Below are positions 1 through 9,721 of a stretch of DNA of 64,000 bases, in pieces. The notes beneath the pieces are model-generated. The model was not told the origin of the DNA and ran no database searches. It saw nothing but the letters and a program-made list of their open reading frames with translations. Within the stretch, counting starts at the first letter, position 1. Each line of letters starts with the position of its first letter. A program made the position numbers and the translations under genes. Source of the stretch: Thermoplasmata archaeon (GTDB taxonomy: Archaea; Thermoplasmatota; Thermoplasmata; Lutacidiplasmatales; UBA184); assembly GCA_027365105.1 (NCBI GenBank), contig DAHXNZ010000008.1, forward strand, positions 129-64,128, read 5' to 3'.

Positions 1-168
1 CCCGACAGTAGTCCGCGAGCTGGAGCGATGGAAGGCCGAAGTAAAATCGTGGCCAATCACTCTTGACCCCCAAGACGCCCGAGAGCTACGGAGACGGCTC
101 CCCTAGTTTTGTCCCAAGGTCCCCCATGCCCCCAAACCTTATGGCGATCAGGGATCGACGGCTGAGAA

Positions 169-1425
169 ATGTCTCTCCGTCTCCGCGACACCCGTACGGG
201 CACGGTCCGCCCCGTGACACCGGGGCAGCGGGGGCCGCTGGCCCTCTATGTCTGCGGCCCGACGGTCTACGAATCTGCCCATGTCGGCCACGGCCGCACC
301 TACCTCTATTTCGACCTCCTCCGCCGGAGCCTGGAAGAGGGAGGAACCCCGGTCCGCCACATCATGAATATCACCGACTTTGAGGACAAGGTCGACGTGC
401 GGGCGGCCGAGCTCGGGCTCACTTGGAAGCAGCTCGCCCGCCAGGAGGAGCGACGGTTCCTCTCCGACCTCCGCCGATTCGGGGCGCGGATGCCCCACGC
501 CACCCCAAGGGCGAGCGACTTCGTTTCCCGGATGGTTGAAGTCGCCCGTCGGCTGGATCGGACGGGCCGGGTCCACCGCCAAGGGGACTCCTGGTTTTAC
601 ACGCCCCCCACCCGGTCGCGGTGGAAGAACTTCCCCATCGCGGGCGAGCTAGCCCAGCACGCGGTTCCCGAGCCCGGCCACCCGCTGACGGAGGCGGACG
701 GTCGGTCCTTCATGGTCTGGAAACTCCAGCGCCCGCCCCTGCCCTCCTGGCCCAGCCCCTGGGGTCCCGGAACCCCTGGCTGGCAGCTGGAGTGCTACGC
801 GATGGCGAGCCGATACCTCGGGATGCCGGTCGATCTTCATGGGGGAGGGCAGGATCTGATCTACCCGCACCACTTTGCGGGCAACGAGATTGCCTTCGCG
901 TTGGACCGGGCCCCCTTCTCGAGGGTCTTCTTCCACGGAGCCTTCGTCCTGCGCGACGGCCGGAAGATGTCGAAATCCCTACGGAACCTGGTCCCCTTGG
1001 CCCGGCCCTTGCGCGAGGTCGGTCCCGGCCCGCTCCGATGGTACCTCGCCGGACCGGCCCCCACGGAGAAGCTCGAATGGGACCCCCGCCGGCTGCGCCG
1101 GGCGGCCGAGAGCTTTGCCATCGTCCGGGAGACCCTGGAGGGGCTCGCCGGACCGGCCCCCGAAGGTGCCGTCGGGGGCGCGGACCTGCATCGGCTCGCG
1201 GACGGGGTCCAACGGGACCTCGAAGGCGGCTTCCGACCCGACCTCGCGCAGCGCCGGATCCTCGCGTTCGTCCAGGCGAGCCGCCGCCGATCCGCCCCGG
1301 GGCTCCGCCGCGGGGATCGACGGGCCGCCCGGAGCGCCATCGCCCGGATCGAGCGGCTGACCGGACTGGTCTTCGGGGCGTCGGACCGACGCCGCCCGGG
1401 GCTCAGAGCCCGGTCCGATCGATGA
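169..1425 (+). CDS. cysS: cysteine--tRNA ligase (class I aaRS)
   Basis: HIGH motif (CGPTVYESAHVGHGRTY) and KMSKS motif (KMSKSLRN). ATG at 169 lies ~28 nt downstream of the TATA-like AAACCTTAT (134-144), suggesting a leaderless start. Confidence 0.9.
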   Translation: MSLRLRDTRTGTVRPVTPGQRGPLALYVCGPTVYESAHVGHGRTYLYFDLLRRSLEEGGTPVRHIMNITDFEDKVDVRAAELGLTWKQLARQEERRFLSDLRRFGARMPHATPRASDFVSRMVEVARRLDRTGRVHRQGDSWFYTPPTRSRWKNFPIAGELAQHAVPEPGHPLTEADGRSFMVWKLQRPPLPSWPSPWGPGTPGWQLECYAMASRYLGMPVDLHGGGQDLIYPHHFAGNEIAFALDRAPFSRVFFHGAFVLRDGRKMSKSLRNLVPLARPLREVGPGPLRWYLAGPAPTEKLEWDPRRLRRAAESFAIVRETLEGLAGPAPEGAVGGADLHRLADGVQRDLEGGFRPDLAQRRILAFVQASRRRSAPGLRRGDRRAARSAIARIERLTGLVFGASDRRRPGLRARSDR

Positions 1426-2614
1426 CGGTCGCGAGACCGTTGCCTCCGCCCATGCAGAGCGTCGCCAGTCCGCAGCGTCCGTGGGCGTGGACCAGTTCGT
1501 GGATCAGGCTGACTACGATCCGGGCCCCGCTCGCCCCGATCGGGTGGCCGAGGGCCACGGCTCCCCCATGGACGTTGAACCGGTCGTCCGGAATATCGAA
1601 GGTCCGCTGGACCGCGAGCGAGGCCGAACTGAACGCCTCGTTATGCTCCACCCGGTCGAACCGGTCGACCGTCCACCCGGTCTGGGCGAGGAGTTTGCGG
1701 ATCGTTGGGATGGGGGCCTCCATGACCTCGGAAGGGTGGACCCCCGACTCGACCCAGGCCTGGATCCACGCCAGTGGTCGGGCCCCGCGACGATCGACCT
1801 CCGCTTCGCTGGCGAGGACGAGGGCCGCGGCGCCGTCCGAGAGCTGGGAGGAGTTGCCCGCGGTGAGGAGCCCATCCGGGCGAAAGACCGGTCGCAGCTG
1901 AGCGAGCCGTTCGAGGCTGGTCGTCGGCCGGGGGCCCTCATCGTGGTCCAACGCGGGGCTGCCGTCGACGATCCCGGCGGGCACGGGGACGATCTCGGAG
2001 GCAAAGCTCCCGTCCCGATGGGCCGCGACCGCCCGCTCGTTGCTCCGCAAGGCGAACCGGTCCAGGTCGGCCCGGGTCAGGTGGAACTTCTGCGCGATCC
2101 GCTCCCCGGTAAGCCCCATGAGCTCGTGTTCCCCGTAGGCGTCCCGGAGCGCGTCGTGCTGGACGGCGTCCTCGAGGGTCTGCGCACCGTACCCGAGCCC
2201 CCGGCGGGCTTCCGGCATGAGGAGATACGGCGACCCGGACATGCTTTCCATGCCACCCACCACGACGAGGTCGGACTCACCGGACCGGACGGCCAGGCTG
2301 CCCCAGTGCAGCGCCTTCATGCCGGAGCCGCAGACCATGTTGACGGTCGCGGCCCCGACGGAGTCGGGGATGCTGGCCCCGCGAAGGACCTGCCGGGCCG
2401 GGTTCTGGCCGGCCCCGGCCTGGATGCCCTGGCCGAAGAGCAGTTCCTCCACTTCATCCGGCCGGACTCCGGCCCGGTCGAGAGCTTCCCGGACCACCAG
2501 GGTGCCGAGCGTGGTCGCCGGCAACGATCGAAGCGCTCCGCCAAACTTCCCGATGGGGGTCCGGACCGCCGAAAGGACGGCGACCCGGGGGTGCGGCTCG
2601 GGCGACTCGACCAT
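1403..2614 (-). CDS. acetyl-CoA C-acetyltransferase (thiolase)
   Basis: Thiolase-type N-terminus (VLSAVRTPIGKFGG), active-site region NMVCGSGMKAL and C-terminal GHPIGASGARI; ~400 aa. Confidence 0.9.
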   Translation of the reverse strand: MVESPEPHPRVAVLSAVRTPIGKFGGALRSLPATTLGTLVVREALDRAGVRPDEVEELLFGQGIQAGAGQNPARQVLRGASIPDSVGAATVNMVCGSGMKALHWGSLAVRSGESDLVVVGGMESMSGSPYLLMPEARRGLGYGAQTLEDAVQHDALRDAYGEHELMGLTGERIAQKFHLTRADLDRFALRSNERAVAAHRDGSFASEIVPVPAGIVDGSPALDHDEGPRPTTSLERLAQLRPVFRPDGLLTAGNSSQLSDGAAALVLASEAEVDRRGARPLAWIQAWVESGVHPSEVMEAPIPTIRKLLAQTGWTVDRFDRVEHNEAFSSASLAVQRTFDIPDDRFNVHGGAVALGHPIGASGARIVVSLIHELVHAHGRCGLATLCMGGGNGLATVIDRTGL

Positions 2615-2643
2615 CGGCCCCTCCTCGGCGGGCGACGACCCCT

Positions 2644-3384
2644 CTACTCCTCTTCGACTCGGGGCGCGAGGAGGAACTCCCCCGTGCCCTTCTGCTGGGC
2701 GACCGGAAACTCGATCTTCAGGGGATACTCATTGCCGACGTGGAGCGTGACCTCGTCGGCCGAGCCGATCGACTTCATCATCGCCGAGAAGAAGTCGAGC
2801 GGGTACATGCTCTTGACCCGGTCCTTCGCCTCGATGCGGACGAGGCCATCCGCCGTCGTGAGACGCATGTCCATCCGGTCGGTCTCGCTCTCGGAATGGA
2901 GGGTAAAGGAGTCCGAGTCCAGTTCGAGGATCACGTTATCGGCGATGCTCTCGCTCCCCCGGATCCCCTGGCGGAGCTCCTCCATCCGGACCACCGCCTT
3001 CGCCGGAGGATTGACCGTGGGAACCTTGGGGTCGGTCAGGCTGGCCGGGTCGACGAGCGACATGGCCCGGACCACCTTGCCCACGCGGGTGACCAGCGGG
3101 TTCTTGCCGCCGTCGTACTGGAGCGAGATCGAGTCGCCCGGCTTGGAGAGGCGGAGCACATCCTTGAACCGCTCCATATCCACGCCGATCTCGGTCGGCT
3201 CGCCGGTGAACTCCTCGAAGGCGGAGGGACTCAACCGGAGGAGGAGCATGGCCACATGGGAGGGGTCGACGGCCTTGACCTCGAGGCCGTCTTTGGAGAT
3301 GGCAAATTTGGCTTCGGAGACGAGGGTGGAAACCGCTTCGACCACCTCGCGCAGGACCTCCATTCGGATTCGAGCCTTGAACAT
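2644..3384 (-). CDS. pcn: DNA polymerase sliding clamp PCNA
   Basis: Archaeal PCNA-like sequence beginning MFKARI; the six-frame ORF extends upstream but the MFKA start (3384) sits ~30 nt below the TATA-like CTAAATAG (3417-3424). ~247 aa. Confidence 0.8.
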   Translation of the reverse strand: MFKARIRMEVLREVVEAVSTLVSEAKFAISKDGLEVKAVDPSHVAMLLLRLSPSAFEEFTGEPTEIGVDMERFKDVLRLSKPGDSISLQYDGGKNPLVTRVGKVVRAMSLVDPASLTDPKVPTVNPPAKAVVRMEELRQGIRGSESIADNVILELDSDSFTLHSESETDRMDMRLTTADGLVRIEAKDRVKSMYPLDFFSAMMKSIGSADEVTLHVGNEYPLKIEFPVAQQKGTGEFLLAPRVEEE

Positions 3385-3544
3385 TGGGAAACCCGGCCGA
3401 CCCACGCAGCCCCGCTCTAAATAGGTTGCCTTGACCGAGGAGAGCGCCCCCTCGGGAACGCCGGCGGCCGACGGCCATGGGCGGCCCCCCGCAAGCGACT
3501 TCCCCCGGCAGTGCTGACGGAGTCCCGCCGGGGCTGAGGCGACC

Positions 3545-4294
3545 ATGCCGACCGAACTTGCCTACCTGTCGGATTTCGACTCGGCTTACCTCCGACAATT
3601 CCGTGCCCGGGTGGTCGGGCGGCCCCCGGGGGCGATCGTCCTCGATCGGACCTACTTCTACCCGACGGGAGGCGGCCAGCCGTCCGACCTCGGTTGGCTC
3701 CGACGCCCGACCGGCGAAGCACTCCCGATCCGCGAGGTCTACCGCCAGGGCGGGGTCGTCTTCCACCGGTACCGGGGCTCTCCCCAGGTCGCCGGGGGAT
3801 TCGTGCCGGGCACCGAGGTCGAAGGGAGCATCGACTGGGACCGGCGGTACGCCCACATGCGCCTCCACACCGGCCAGCACCTGTTGAGTGGGCTCATCTT
3901 TGCCCGGACCGGTCGGAGGACCGTGCGCGCACGGCTGGAGTCGCCGAACGCGACGATCGAACTGGACGCCCCACTCTCCCCCTCCGGGGCCCCCGCGCTC
4001 CAAGATGAGTTCGATCGGATCGCGCGGGAGAATCGCCCCCTCCGGATCCGGCACCTCCCCCGGTCGGAGTGGGATCGCGACCGGACCGGCCGGGCCAGTG
4101 GGATCGAGCTCGCGGCCGCCGTGGACCCGGTCCGAATCATCGAGATCGACGGACTCGATTCGTGCCCCTGCGGTGGCACCCACGTCCGCTCGGTGGCCGA
4201 GGTCGCGCCTGCCGCCGTGGCGGCGCGCTCGGAGACCGGCGACCGATGGGGCCTCAGCCTTTCGGCGCGGCCGCCGACCACTCGGCCCGGGTGA
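3545..4294 (+). CDS. alaX: alanyl-tRNA editing protein AlaX-like (misacylated tRNA-Ala deacylase)
   Basis: HxxxH zinc motif (HTGQHLL) and CPCGGTHV motif of the AlaRS editing / second-additional domain; GAGG Shine-Dalgarno-like element 8 nt upstream of the ATG. Confidence 0.75.
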   Translation: MPTELAYLSDFDSAYLRQFRARVVGRPPGAIVLDRTYFYPTGGGQPSDLGWLRRPTGEALPIREVYRQGGVVFHRYRGSPQVAGGFVPGTEVEGSIDWDRRYAHMRLHTGQHLLSGLIFARTGRRTVRARLESPNATIELDAPLSPSGAPALQDEFDRIARENRPLRIRHLPRSEWDRDRTGRASGIELAAAVDPVRIIEIDGLDSCPCGGTHVRSVAEVAPAAVAARSETGDRWGLSLSARPPTTRPG

Positions 4295-4820
4295 TTCCGT
4301 AGACCAAGACGTCGTGCCAGCCCCCGTGGTGGAAGAGGGCCCGGGCCAGACGACCCTCCTGGCGCAGCTTCAGCCGTTCGAGCAGCCGGAACGACGGGAC
4401 GTTCTCGACGTCGCAGGTGGCGCCGATCCGTTCGATCCTCTGGGTGCGGAACAGGTGATCGATCATGAGCCGGACCGCCTCGGTCCCCAAGCCCCGCCCG
4501 CGCCGCTCCCGATCCCCGACCACATACCACACGTCGAGGAACTCCAGGATCGGGTGGGGCGCGTAGAAGCCGACGAATCCGAGCGTCCGGCCGTCGGTTC
4601 GCTCCTCCACGATCCACCGGGGGGCGACGGACCGGGGGTCCCCGGGGGCCGATTCGATGGCGGCGACGAACGATTCCCAGGTGTCGATCTCGAACCGGTC
4701 AAAGGGCGCGACGATCTCGGCGTCATTGTACCAACGGAACACGGCCAGATAGTCGGCCTCGGTGGGGGGCCGGAGCCGGACTTGAGGACCCTCGAGGGTC
4801 GGTTCGCCCACCTGCGCCAT
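4254..4820 (-). CDS. GNAT family N-acetyltransferase
   Basis: RimL-like architecture with a GNAT acetyl-CoA-binding region (VVGDRERRGRGLGTEAVRLMIDHLF). Start taken at MAQVGEPT rather than the upstream ORF start. Confidence 0.65.
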   Translation of the reverse strand: MAQVGEPTLEGPQVRLRPPTEADYLAVFRWYNDAEIVAPFDRFEIDTWESFVAAIESAPGDPRSVAPRWIVEERTDGRTLGFVGFYAPHPILEFLDVWYVVGDRERRGRGLGTEAVRLMIDHLFRTQRIERIGATCDVENVPSFRLLERLKLRQEGRLARALFHHGGWHDVLVYGITRAEWSAAAPKG

Positions 4821-4900
4821 GCACTTCCTACCGGCCGAGCCGACCCGACCCGGAGGCCACCCTCCCTTAAATACGGCGTCCTCCGTCCGCCTCCCCACTC

Positions 4901-5869
4901 ATGGCCGCAGCCGGAGCGAAGGGACCGGTCGTCGTGACGGGCGGTGCCGGGGCGATCGGGGCCGTTCTGGTCCGGGCCCTCCTGGCCGAGGGACGGGAAG
5001 TCCGGGTCATCGACAACCTTTCGGGGGGACGGATGGAGCACCTCGCCGACATCGCGGCCGATCCTCGATTGTCGTTCCTCCGGGCCGACCTGTCCGACCC
5101 CGACCGCTACCAGGAGCGGTTCCGCGGCGCCTCCGAGGTCTGGCACCTGGCGGCCAACGCCGACATCCAGAAGGGGACGGCCGATCCGGGGATCGATCTG
5201 CGCGAGGGCCTGCTCAACGCCTTCCGGGTAATGGAGGCGGCCCGCAACCACGGGGTGGCCAAGCTCCTCTTTTCCTCCTCGAGCGTCGTCTACGGGCAGC
5301 CGACAGTCTTCCCGACTCCAGAGGGGTATGGGCCTCTCCTCCCCGAGTCGATCTACGGCGCCTCCAAGCTCTCGGTGGAGGCGTTCCTCTCGGCGTTTGC
5401 CCATTCCTACGGGCTCAAGACCTACCTCTTCCGCTTCGCCAACATCATCGGCCCCTTCATGACCCACGGAGTGATCTACGATTTCTTCGAGAAGCTTCGG
5501 CGGGATCCGACTCGGTTGGAGGTGCTCGGCGACGGCCGCCAGGCCAAGAGCTACCTTCGGAGCGAAGACTGCGTCGCCGGGATGATCTTCGTCCGGGACC
5601 GCGCCGCCGCCCCGGTCAACGTGTTCAATCTCGGCGCCCGAGACCGGATCAGCGTACGGGAGATCGCCGAGCGGGTCGTCGCGGTCCATGGAGGCCGGGC
5701 CCGGATCGAGTACACGGGAGGAGATCGCGGCTGGGTCGGGGACGTTCCCCAGCAGCTCCTGGATATCGCCAAGGTCGAACGGCTCGGGTGGGCCCCGACC
5801 CTCACGAGCGCCGGCGCGGTCGACCGGACGATCGCCGAGCTGGCCCGGGAGCGGGGCGTCGGACGCTGA
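4901..5869 (+). CDS. NAD-dependent epimerase/dehydratase (UDP-sugar 4-epimerase family)
   Basis: Rossmann motif VTGGAGAIG and YxxxK motif (YGASK) of SDR-extended enzymes. TATA-like CCTTAAATAC (4865-4874) lies ~30 nt upstream. Confidence 0.85.
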   Translation: MAAAGAKGPVVVTGGAGAIGAVLVRALLAEGREVRVIDNLSGGRMEHLADIAADPRLSFLRADLSDPDRYQERFRGASEVWHLAANADIQKGTADPGIDLREGLLNAFRVMEAARNHGVAKLLFSSSSVVYGQPTVFPTPEGYGPLLPESIYGASKLSVEAFLSAFAHSYGLKTYLFRFANIIGPFMTHGVIYDFFEKLRRDPTRLEVLGDGRQAKSYLRSEDCVAGMIFVRDRAAAPVNVFNLGARDRISVREIAERVVAVHGGRARIEYTGGDRGWVGDVPQQLLDIAKVERLGWAPTLTSAGAVDRTIAELARERGVGR

Positions 5870-5876
5870 GACGATC

Positions 5877-6944
5877 ATGCCGGGACTCCCCCGACGACCC
5901 GGTGCGGTGACGGTGATCGTCACCGTCCTACGGGATCCCAGGGTCGAGCGGACCCTCGACTCCCTGCGGCGGCAGAATCGTCCCCCCGATCGGATCCTGG
6001 TCGACGATGGGGGAGGGGAGGGGCCGGTCCGGGAGATCACCCGACGGCTGGCGGCCGAGGATCCCCGAATCGTCTACCTCGACGCCCCGGGGTCGATTCC
6101 GGAGAGCCGAAACCGGGCGCTCCGCGAGGTCGATACCGAGTGGGTCGCCTTTCTCGACGCGGATGAGGTCGCCCCGGTCGCATGGCTGGAGAAGCTCCTC
6201 GAGCCCTTGACCGACCCCGCGGTGGGGTTCGCGGGCGGGCCGACCCCGGCGTTGGACGGCACCGCCCGGACCGTGGGGGCCCGGTACTACGACGCTTACC
6301 TGCGACGCTTCTACGAGACCGTGGCCCGGAGCCACCCCCACGCCCTTCCCATGGGGAACAGCGCATGGAAGACCGAAGTCTTCGACCGGGTCGGCCTGCT
6401 CGACACGACGCTCTACGAGCGGGCGGCGAGCGAGGACCAGGAGATGGCTCTCCGGGCCCTTCGGGCCGGCTACCAGGGGGTCTACGTGCCCGAGGCGTGG
6501 GTCGCTCACGACTTCTCGGATCTGACCCTCGCTCGCTGGCTCGCCAAGCAGAGCCGCTACGCGCTCGGAGGGTACGTGGTATGGCGGCGGCATGGGTCGA
6601 CCTACGAAGCCCGCCCGGGGGGGCTCCTCCCCTACATCGCCCCCCCCGCGCTGGTCGCCCTAGGAGCCCTGCTTCTTCCTTGGCCGCTGCTCCGGGTCCC
6701 CGGTGAGATCCTCCTGGTGGGGGGCGGACTCCTCTGGCTCGGGGTCGTTGTGGGTCTTGCTCTTCAGGGGTGGATCTGGGAGCGCGTCTACCCCGGGATG
6801 CGGTATCGTCCCGTCGAGTTCCTCCGCCGCTGGGCGACGCTCCTGGGGGCGGCGCGGGGGTTTCTCCGGTACGGGAGGCGCGGCTACGGTCGGAGCCCAC
6901 CGGGCTCCGGCCCTCCGGGGAGATCGACTCCCATGGTCCGGTAA
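5877..6944 (+). CDS. family 2 glycosyltransferase with C-terminal transmembrane segments
   Basis: GT2 features: N-terminal VTVIVTV region, DDGGG and D-A-D (FLDADE) motifs; hydrophobic C-terminus. Start taken at the ATG at 5877, not the upstream ORF start. Confidence 0.75.
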   Translation: MPGLPRRPGAVTVIVTVLRDPRVERTLDSLRRQNRPPDRILVDDGGGEGPVREITRRLAAEDPRIVYLDAPGSIPESRNRALREVDTEWVAFLDADEVAPVAWLEKLLEPLTDPAVGFAGGPTPALDGTARTVGARYYDAYLRRFYETVARSHPHALPMGNSAWKTEVFDRVGLLDTTLYERAASEDQEMALRALRAGYQGVYVPEAWVAHDFSDLTLARWLAKQSRYALGGYVVWRRHGSTYEARPGGLLPYIAPPALVALGALLLPWPLLRVPGEILLVGGGLLWLGVVVGLALQGWIWERVYPGMRYRPVEFLRRWATLLGAARGFLRYGRRGYGRSPPGSGPPGRSTPMVR

Positions 6945-7034
6945 TCGGCCCGGTCGCGAACGGACCCGCGGACGACCCGTACCTGAGGTGGCGCCCTTGG
7001 AAAACCTTAAACCCGAGGGGGTCTCGGCGCGGGG

Positions 7035-7820
7035 ATGACCAGCCCCTCCACAGTAGACCAGACCCCGGTGAAAGCGGGCGAACTGGTTTCGCTGGACTAC
7101 GAGATCTGGGCCGAAGGCGGAGGCCGAACCAACCTCATCGACACGACCCGCGAGGAGGTCGCCCAGCAGGCGGGGGCCGAGCGAGGGGACGGTACCCACT
7201 TTGCCCCGCGACCCCATCTGATCGGGGGCGAGTTCTTCCCCTCAGGGATCGAGAAGGGCCTGGAAGGGCTTGTGCCCGGCCAGGAGGTCACCAAGACCTT
7301 TGCTCCCGCGGAAGCGTTCGGCGAACGGGATCCCAAGCTCATCGAGCTTTTCGGCATGCACGAGATCCAGCGGCTGCCCGAGATGCGCCGGGAGGACGCG
7401 CGGCTTGACATCGGCACGGTGCTGACGATCCGGGGACGCCGCGGCCGCGTGGTCAGCCTGACCGCGGCCCGAGTGCGGGTCGACTTCAATCCCCCGTACG
7501 CCGGCCGGACCGTCCGCGGTACGTTCAAGGTGCTGTCCCGCATCGACAGCGCGGCCGACCAGGCCCGGGCCATGATCGAGCTCCACTACGGCCACGGAGC
7601 CGAGTTCCGGGTCGAGATGGAAGGATCGATCCTCACGGTCCACCTTCCGGACCGGGCCAAGTTCGACCTTGCCTGGGTGGCGACGAAGCCTCGCCTGATC
7701 GAGGCGCTCCGCCGGCAGGTTCACCCCAAGGAGATCCGGATCGTCGAGGAGTTTGTAACCCCGGAACCCCCGGCGACTCCCCCCGTCGAGACCCCTCCGG
7801 CCAGCCCGCCTCCGACCTGA
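7035..7820 (+). CDS. FKBP-type peptidyl-prolyl cis-trans isomerase (archaeal long-type, SlyD-like) with a Pro/Thr-rich tail
   Basis: FKBP fold signatures (GELVSLDYEIWAEGGG, insert-in-flap region). TATA-like AAAACCTTAAAC at 7001-7012 lies ~30 nt upstream of the ATG. Confidence 0.8.
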   Translation: MTSPSTVDQTPVKAGELVSLDYEIWAEGGGRTNLIDTTREEVAQQAGAERGDGTHFAPRPHLIGGEFFPSGIEKGLEGLVPGQEVTKTFAPAEAFGERDPKLIELFGMHEIQRLPEMRREDARLDIGTVLTIRGRRGRVVSLTAARVRVDFNPPYAGRTVRGTFKVLSRIDSAADQARAMIELHYGHGAEFRVEMEGSILTVHLPDRAKFDLAWVATKPRLIEALRRQVHPKEIRIVEEFVTPEPPATPPVETPPASPPPT

Positions 7821-7886
7821 GGCCCCCGCCTCTGCGGACCGGAGTACCAACCGAGGGCTCTTGAACCCGGCCTCCGTCGCCGACGT

Positions 7887-8036
7887 ATGAGTTGGTGGAC
7901 CGAGAACTACACCGCGGAACAGCGTCGCTTCATCCTCGGGGCTTTCGTTGTCGGCTTCGTGGCGGCCGGCCTCATCATCTATCTGGGTCTTTCGGGCATT
8001 CTCCTGGGTGGAATGCCTGGGCCGGTGACGCCGTGA
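7887..8036 (+). CDS. small hydrophobic protein (49 aa, single predicted TM helix)
   Basis: ATG-initiated ORF shorter than the ORF-track cutoff. Hydrophobic core FILGAFVVGFVAAGLIIYLGLSGILLGG; moderately GC3-rich. Confidence 0.3.
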   Translation: MSWWTENYTAEQRRFILGAFVVGFVAAGLIIYLGLSGILLGGMPGPVTP

Positions 8037-8057
8037 GCCGTCGGCCGTCGAAACCGT

Positions 8058-8747
8058 TTAGTGACCGCGCGAGGTGACCGGATCGTGACGCTGGCCTCCG
8101 ACCGAGACGACTGGCGCATCTATGCCGGCTGGATCGCCGGGGCCGTCGTGATCGTGGCGGTCCTCCTGGTCGGGGCCGGATTCTGGATCTACTTCCACGG
8201 CTGACGGCAGGCTCTGGGGAACGACGTACAGGTGCAGCCGGTGGACCGGGTCCACCGCGCGGGCAGTCCATCCAGGGATCGGGTGGAAGTGGCTGACGAT
8301 CCGGAGTCCCGGCGGTAGGCCGGATCCCCACTCGGCCGCAAGCCGTTCCATCGCCCCGGGCCAGAGGAACGCGACGACCACCGTGGCGTCGTTCAGCCGA
8401 ACTCCGAACAGGTTGGCTCGCCGGATCTCGATCGCCTCCGGGCGGGGCGAGAACCGCCGCCGGCACCGCAGGATGGCGACACGCAGCGGCTCGATCTCGA
8501 CGCCCACGACCCTTCGGGCGCCGGCCCGCGCGGCCGCGAAGACCACCGAACCCGTACCGGCACCGAGGTCATAGACGACCTCGCCCGGGCCGATGCCCGC
8601 GAGGGCCAACAAGGCTTCGACCACCCTCCGGCTCGACGGCGCGTAGCCGGCCCCCCAGACGAACGAGAACAGGACGAAGTAGGCCAATAGGAGCGCCCCG
8701 ACGAGAGCTCCCCCCCAGAGGAGCAGGGCTCCCGTCCCGAGCGTCAT
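8058..8747 (-). CDS. membrane-anchored class I SAM-dependent methyltransferase
   Basis: N-terminal TM helix, then SAM-binding motif I (VVYDLGAGTGSVVFAAA). The stop overlaps the meaB start by 4 nt. The last ~50 codons have atypically low GC3. Confidence 0.6.
   Translation of the reverse strand: MTLGTGALLLWGGALVGALLLAYFVLFSFVWGAGYAPSSRRVVEALLALAGIGPGEVVYDLGAGTGSVVFAAARAGARRVVGVEIEPLRVAILRCRRRFSPRPEAIEIRRANLFGVRLNDATVVVAFLWPGAMERLAAEWGSGLPPGLRIVSHFHPIPGWTARAVDPVHRLHLYVVPQSLPSAVEVDPESGPDQEDRHDHDGPGDPAGIDAPVVSVGGQRHDPVTSRGH
8086..8204 (+). CDS. small hydrophobic protein (39 aa, single predicted TM helix)
   Basis: GTG-initiated ORF with strongly GC3-rich codons (VTLASDRDDWRIYAGWIAGAVVIVAVLLVGAGFWIYFHG). 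It overlaps antisense with the low-GC3 C-terminal tail of the methyltransferase ORF. Confidence 0.25.
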
Positions 8748-9721
8748 GTCGTCTTCGATCGGGGCCGGGCCGGGCCCTTCAGCAGGCGGCGGGCGGCCGA
8801 CGGGGGATCCAGGGTACCCCCGACCACGCGGTCGAGCAACCCGCGCACCTCGGGATCACTCTGGGCCCGGGGCAGCAGATCCTGTTCGACCCGGCGCTTC
8901 ATCAGGTCGAGGATCTCCTGGAGGGCCTGGCGACGGCGCAGGGGCCCCCGGAGTTCCTTCTCATCGAGGAACCGCTCGTGCCGCTCGATCGAGTTCCAGA
9001 GTTCCTCGATCCCGGCGGGGAGCGTGGTGGAGGTGGCCGTCACCAACGGCCTCCAGCCGTCCCGGGGCGTGCCGAATGCGACCAGTTCGACCAGGTCGCG
9101 CCGGGCTTGGTCGGCGCCCGGCAGGTCGGACTTGTTGACGCAGAAGACATCGGCAATCTCGAACAGACCGGCCTTGAGGGTCTGGACCTCGTCGCCCAGA
9201 TGGGGGATCAGCACCACCACGCTCGTGGACGCCACGTCCCGGATGTCGACGTCGACCTGGCCGCTGCCGACCGTCTCGACCAGGACGACATCGAACCCCG
9301 CAGCATCGAGGAGGCGGACCGTCCGGCGGGTGGCCAGGGCGATGCCTCCGGAGTAGCCCCGGCTGGCCATCGACCGGATGAACACCCCGGCGTCGCGATC
9401 CCCCCGTTCCATCCGGATCCGATCCCCGAGGACCGAGCCCCCCGAGAAGGGGCTGGAGGGGTCGACCGCGACCACCGCGACGCTCCGATGGATCGCCCGG
9501 AGGTGGGCGATGAGGCGGCTCACGAGGGAGGACTTCCCGACCCCCAACGGGCCGGTGATCCCGACCACGGTCGCCCGTCCGGTCCCCCCGTAGAGCGACC
9601 GCTCGACGGGGGCAAAGGTCGGATCGTCCTGCTCGATGCGGGAGATCGACTGCGCGAGGGTCCGCAGCTCCCGCCGACGGATCGCCCGCGCGGTCGTCGC
9701 TGTCGAATCGGCCCGGCTCAT
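8744..9721 (-). CDS. meaB: methylmalonyl-CoA mutase-associated GTPase MeaB/ArgK
   Basis: P-loop [13 protein letters not shown], Mg-binding region [12 protein letters not shown] and NKSD specificity motif. Start overlaps the upstream B12-binding subunit gene by 4 nt. Confidence 0.85.
   Translation of the reverse strand: MSRADSTATTARAIRRRELRTLAQSISRIEQDDPTFAPVERSLYGGTGRATVVGITGPLGVGKSSLVSRLIAHLRAIHRSVAVVAVDPSSPFSGGSVLGDRIRMERGDRDAGVFIRSMASRGYSGGIALATRRTVRLLDAAGFDVVLVETVGSGQVDVDIRDVASTSVVVLIPHLGDEVQTLKAGLFEIADVFCVNKSDLPGADQARRDLVELVAFGTPRDGWRPLVTATSTTLPAGIEELWNSIERHERFLDEKELRGPLRRRQALQEILDLMKRRVEQDLLPRAQSDPEVRGLLDRVVGGTLDPPSAARRLLKGPARPRSKTT

Noticed and set aside
1-102. Possible 3' end of a plus-strand gene entering from upstream of the window (…WKAEVKSWPITLDPQDARELRRRLP*)
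   Set aside because: The fragment is too short and its GC3 too weak to support a call; it cannot be assessed without upstream sequence.
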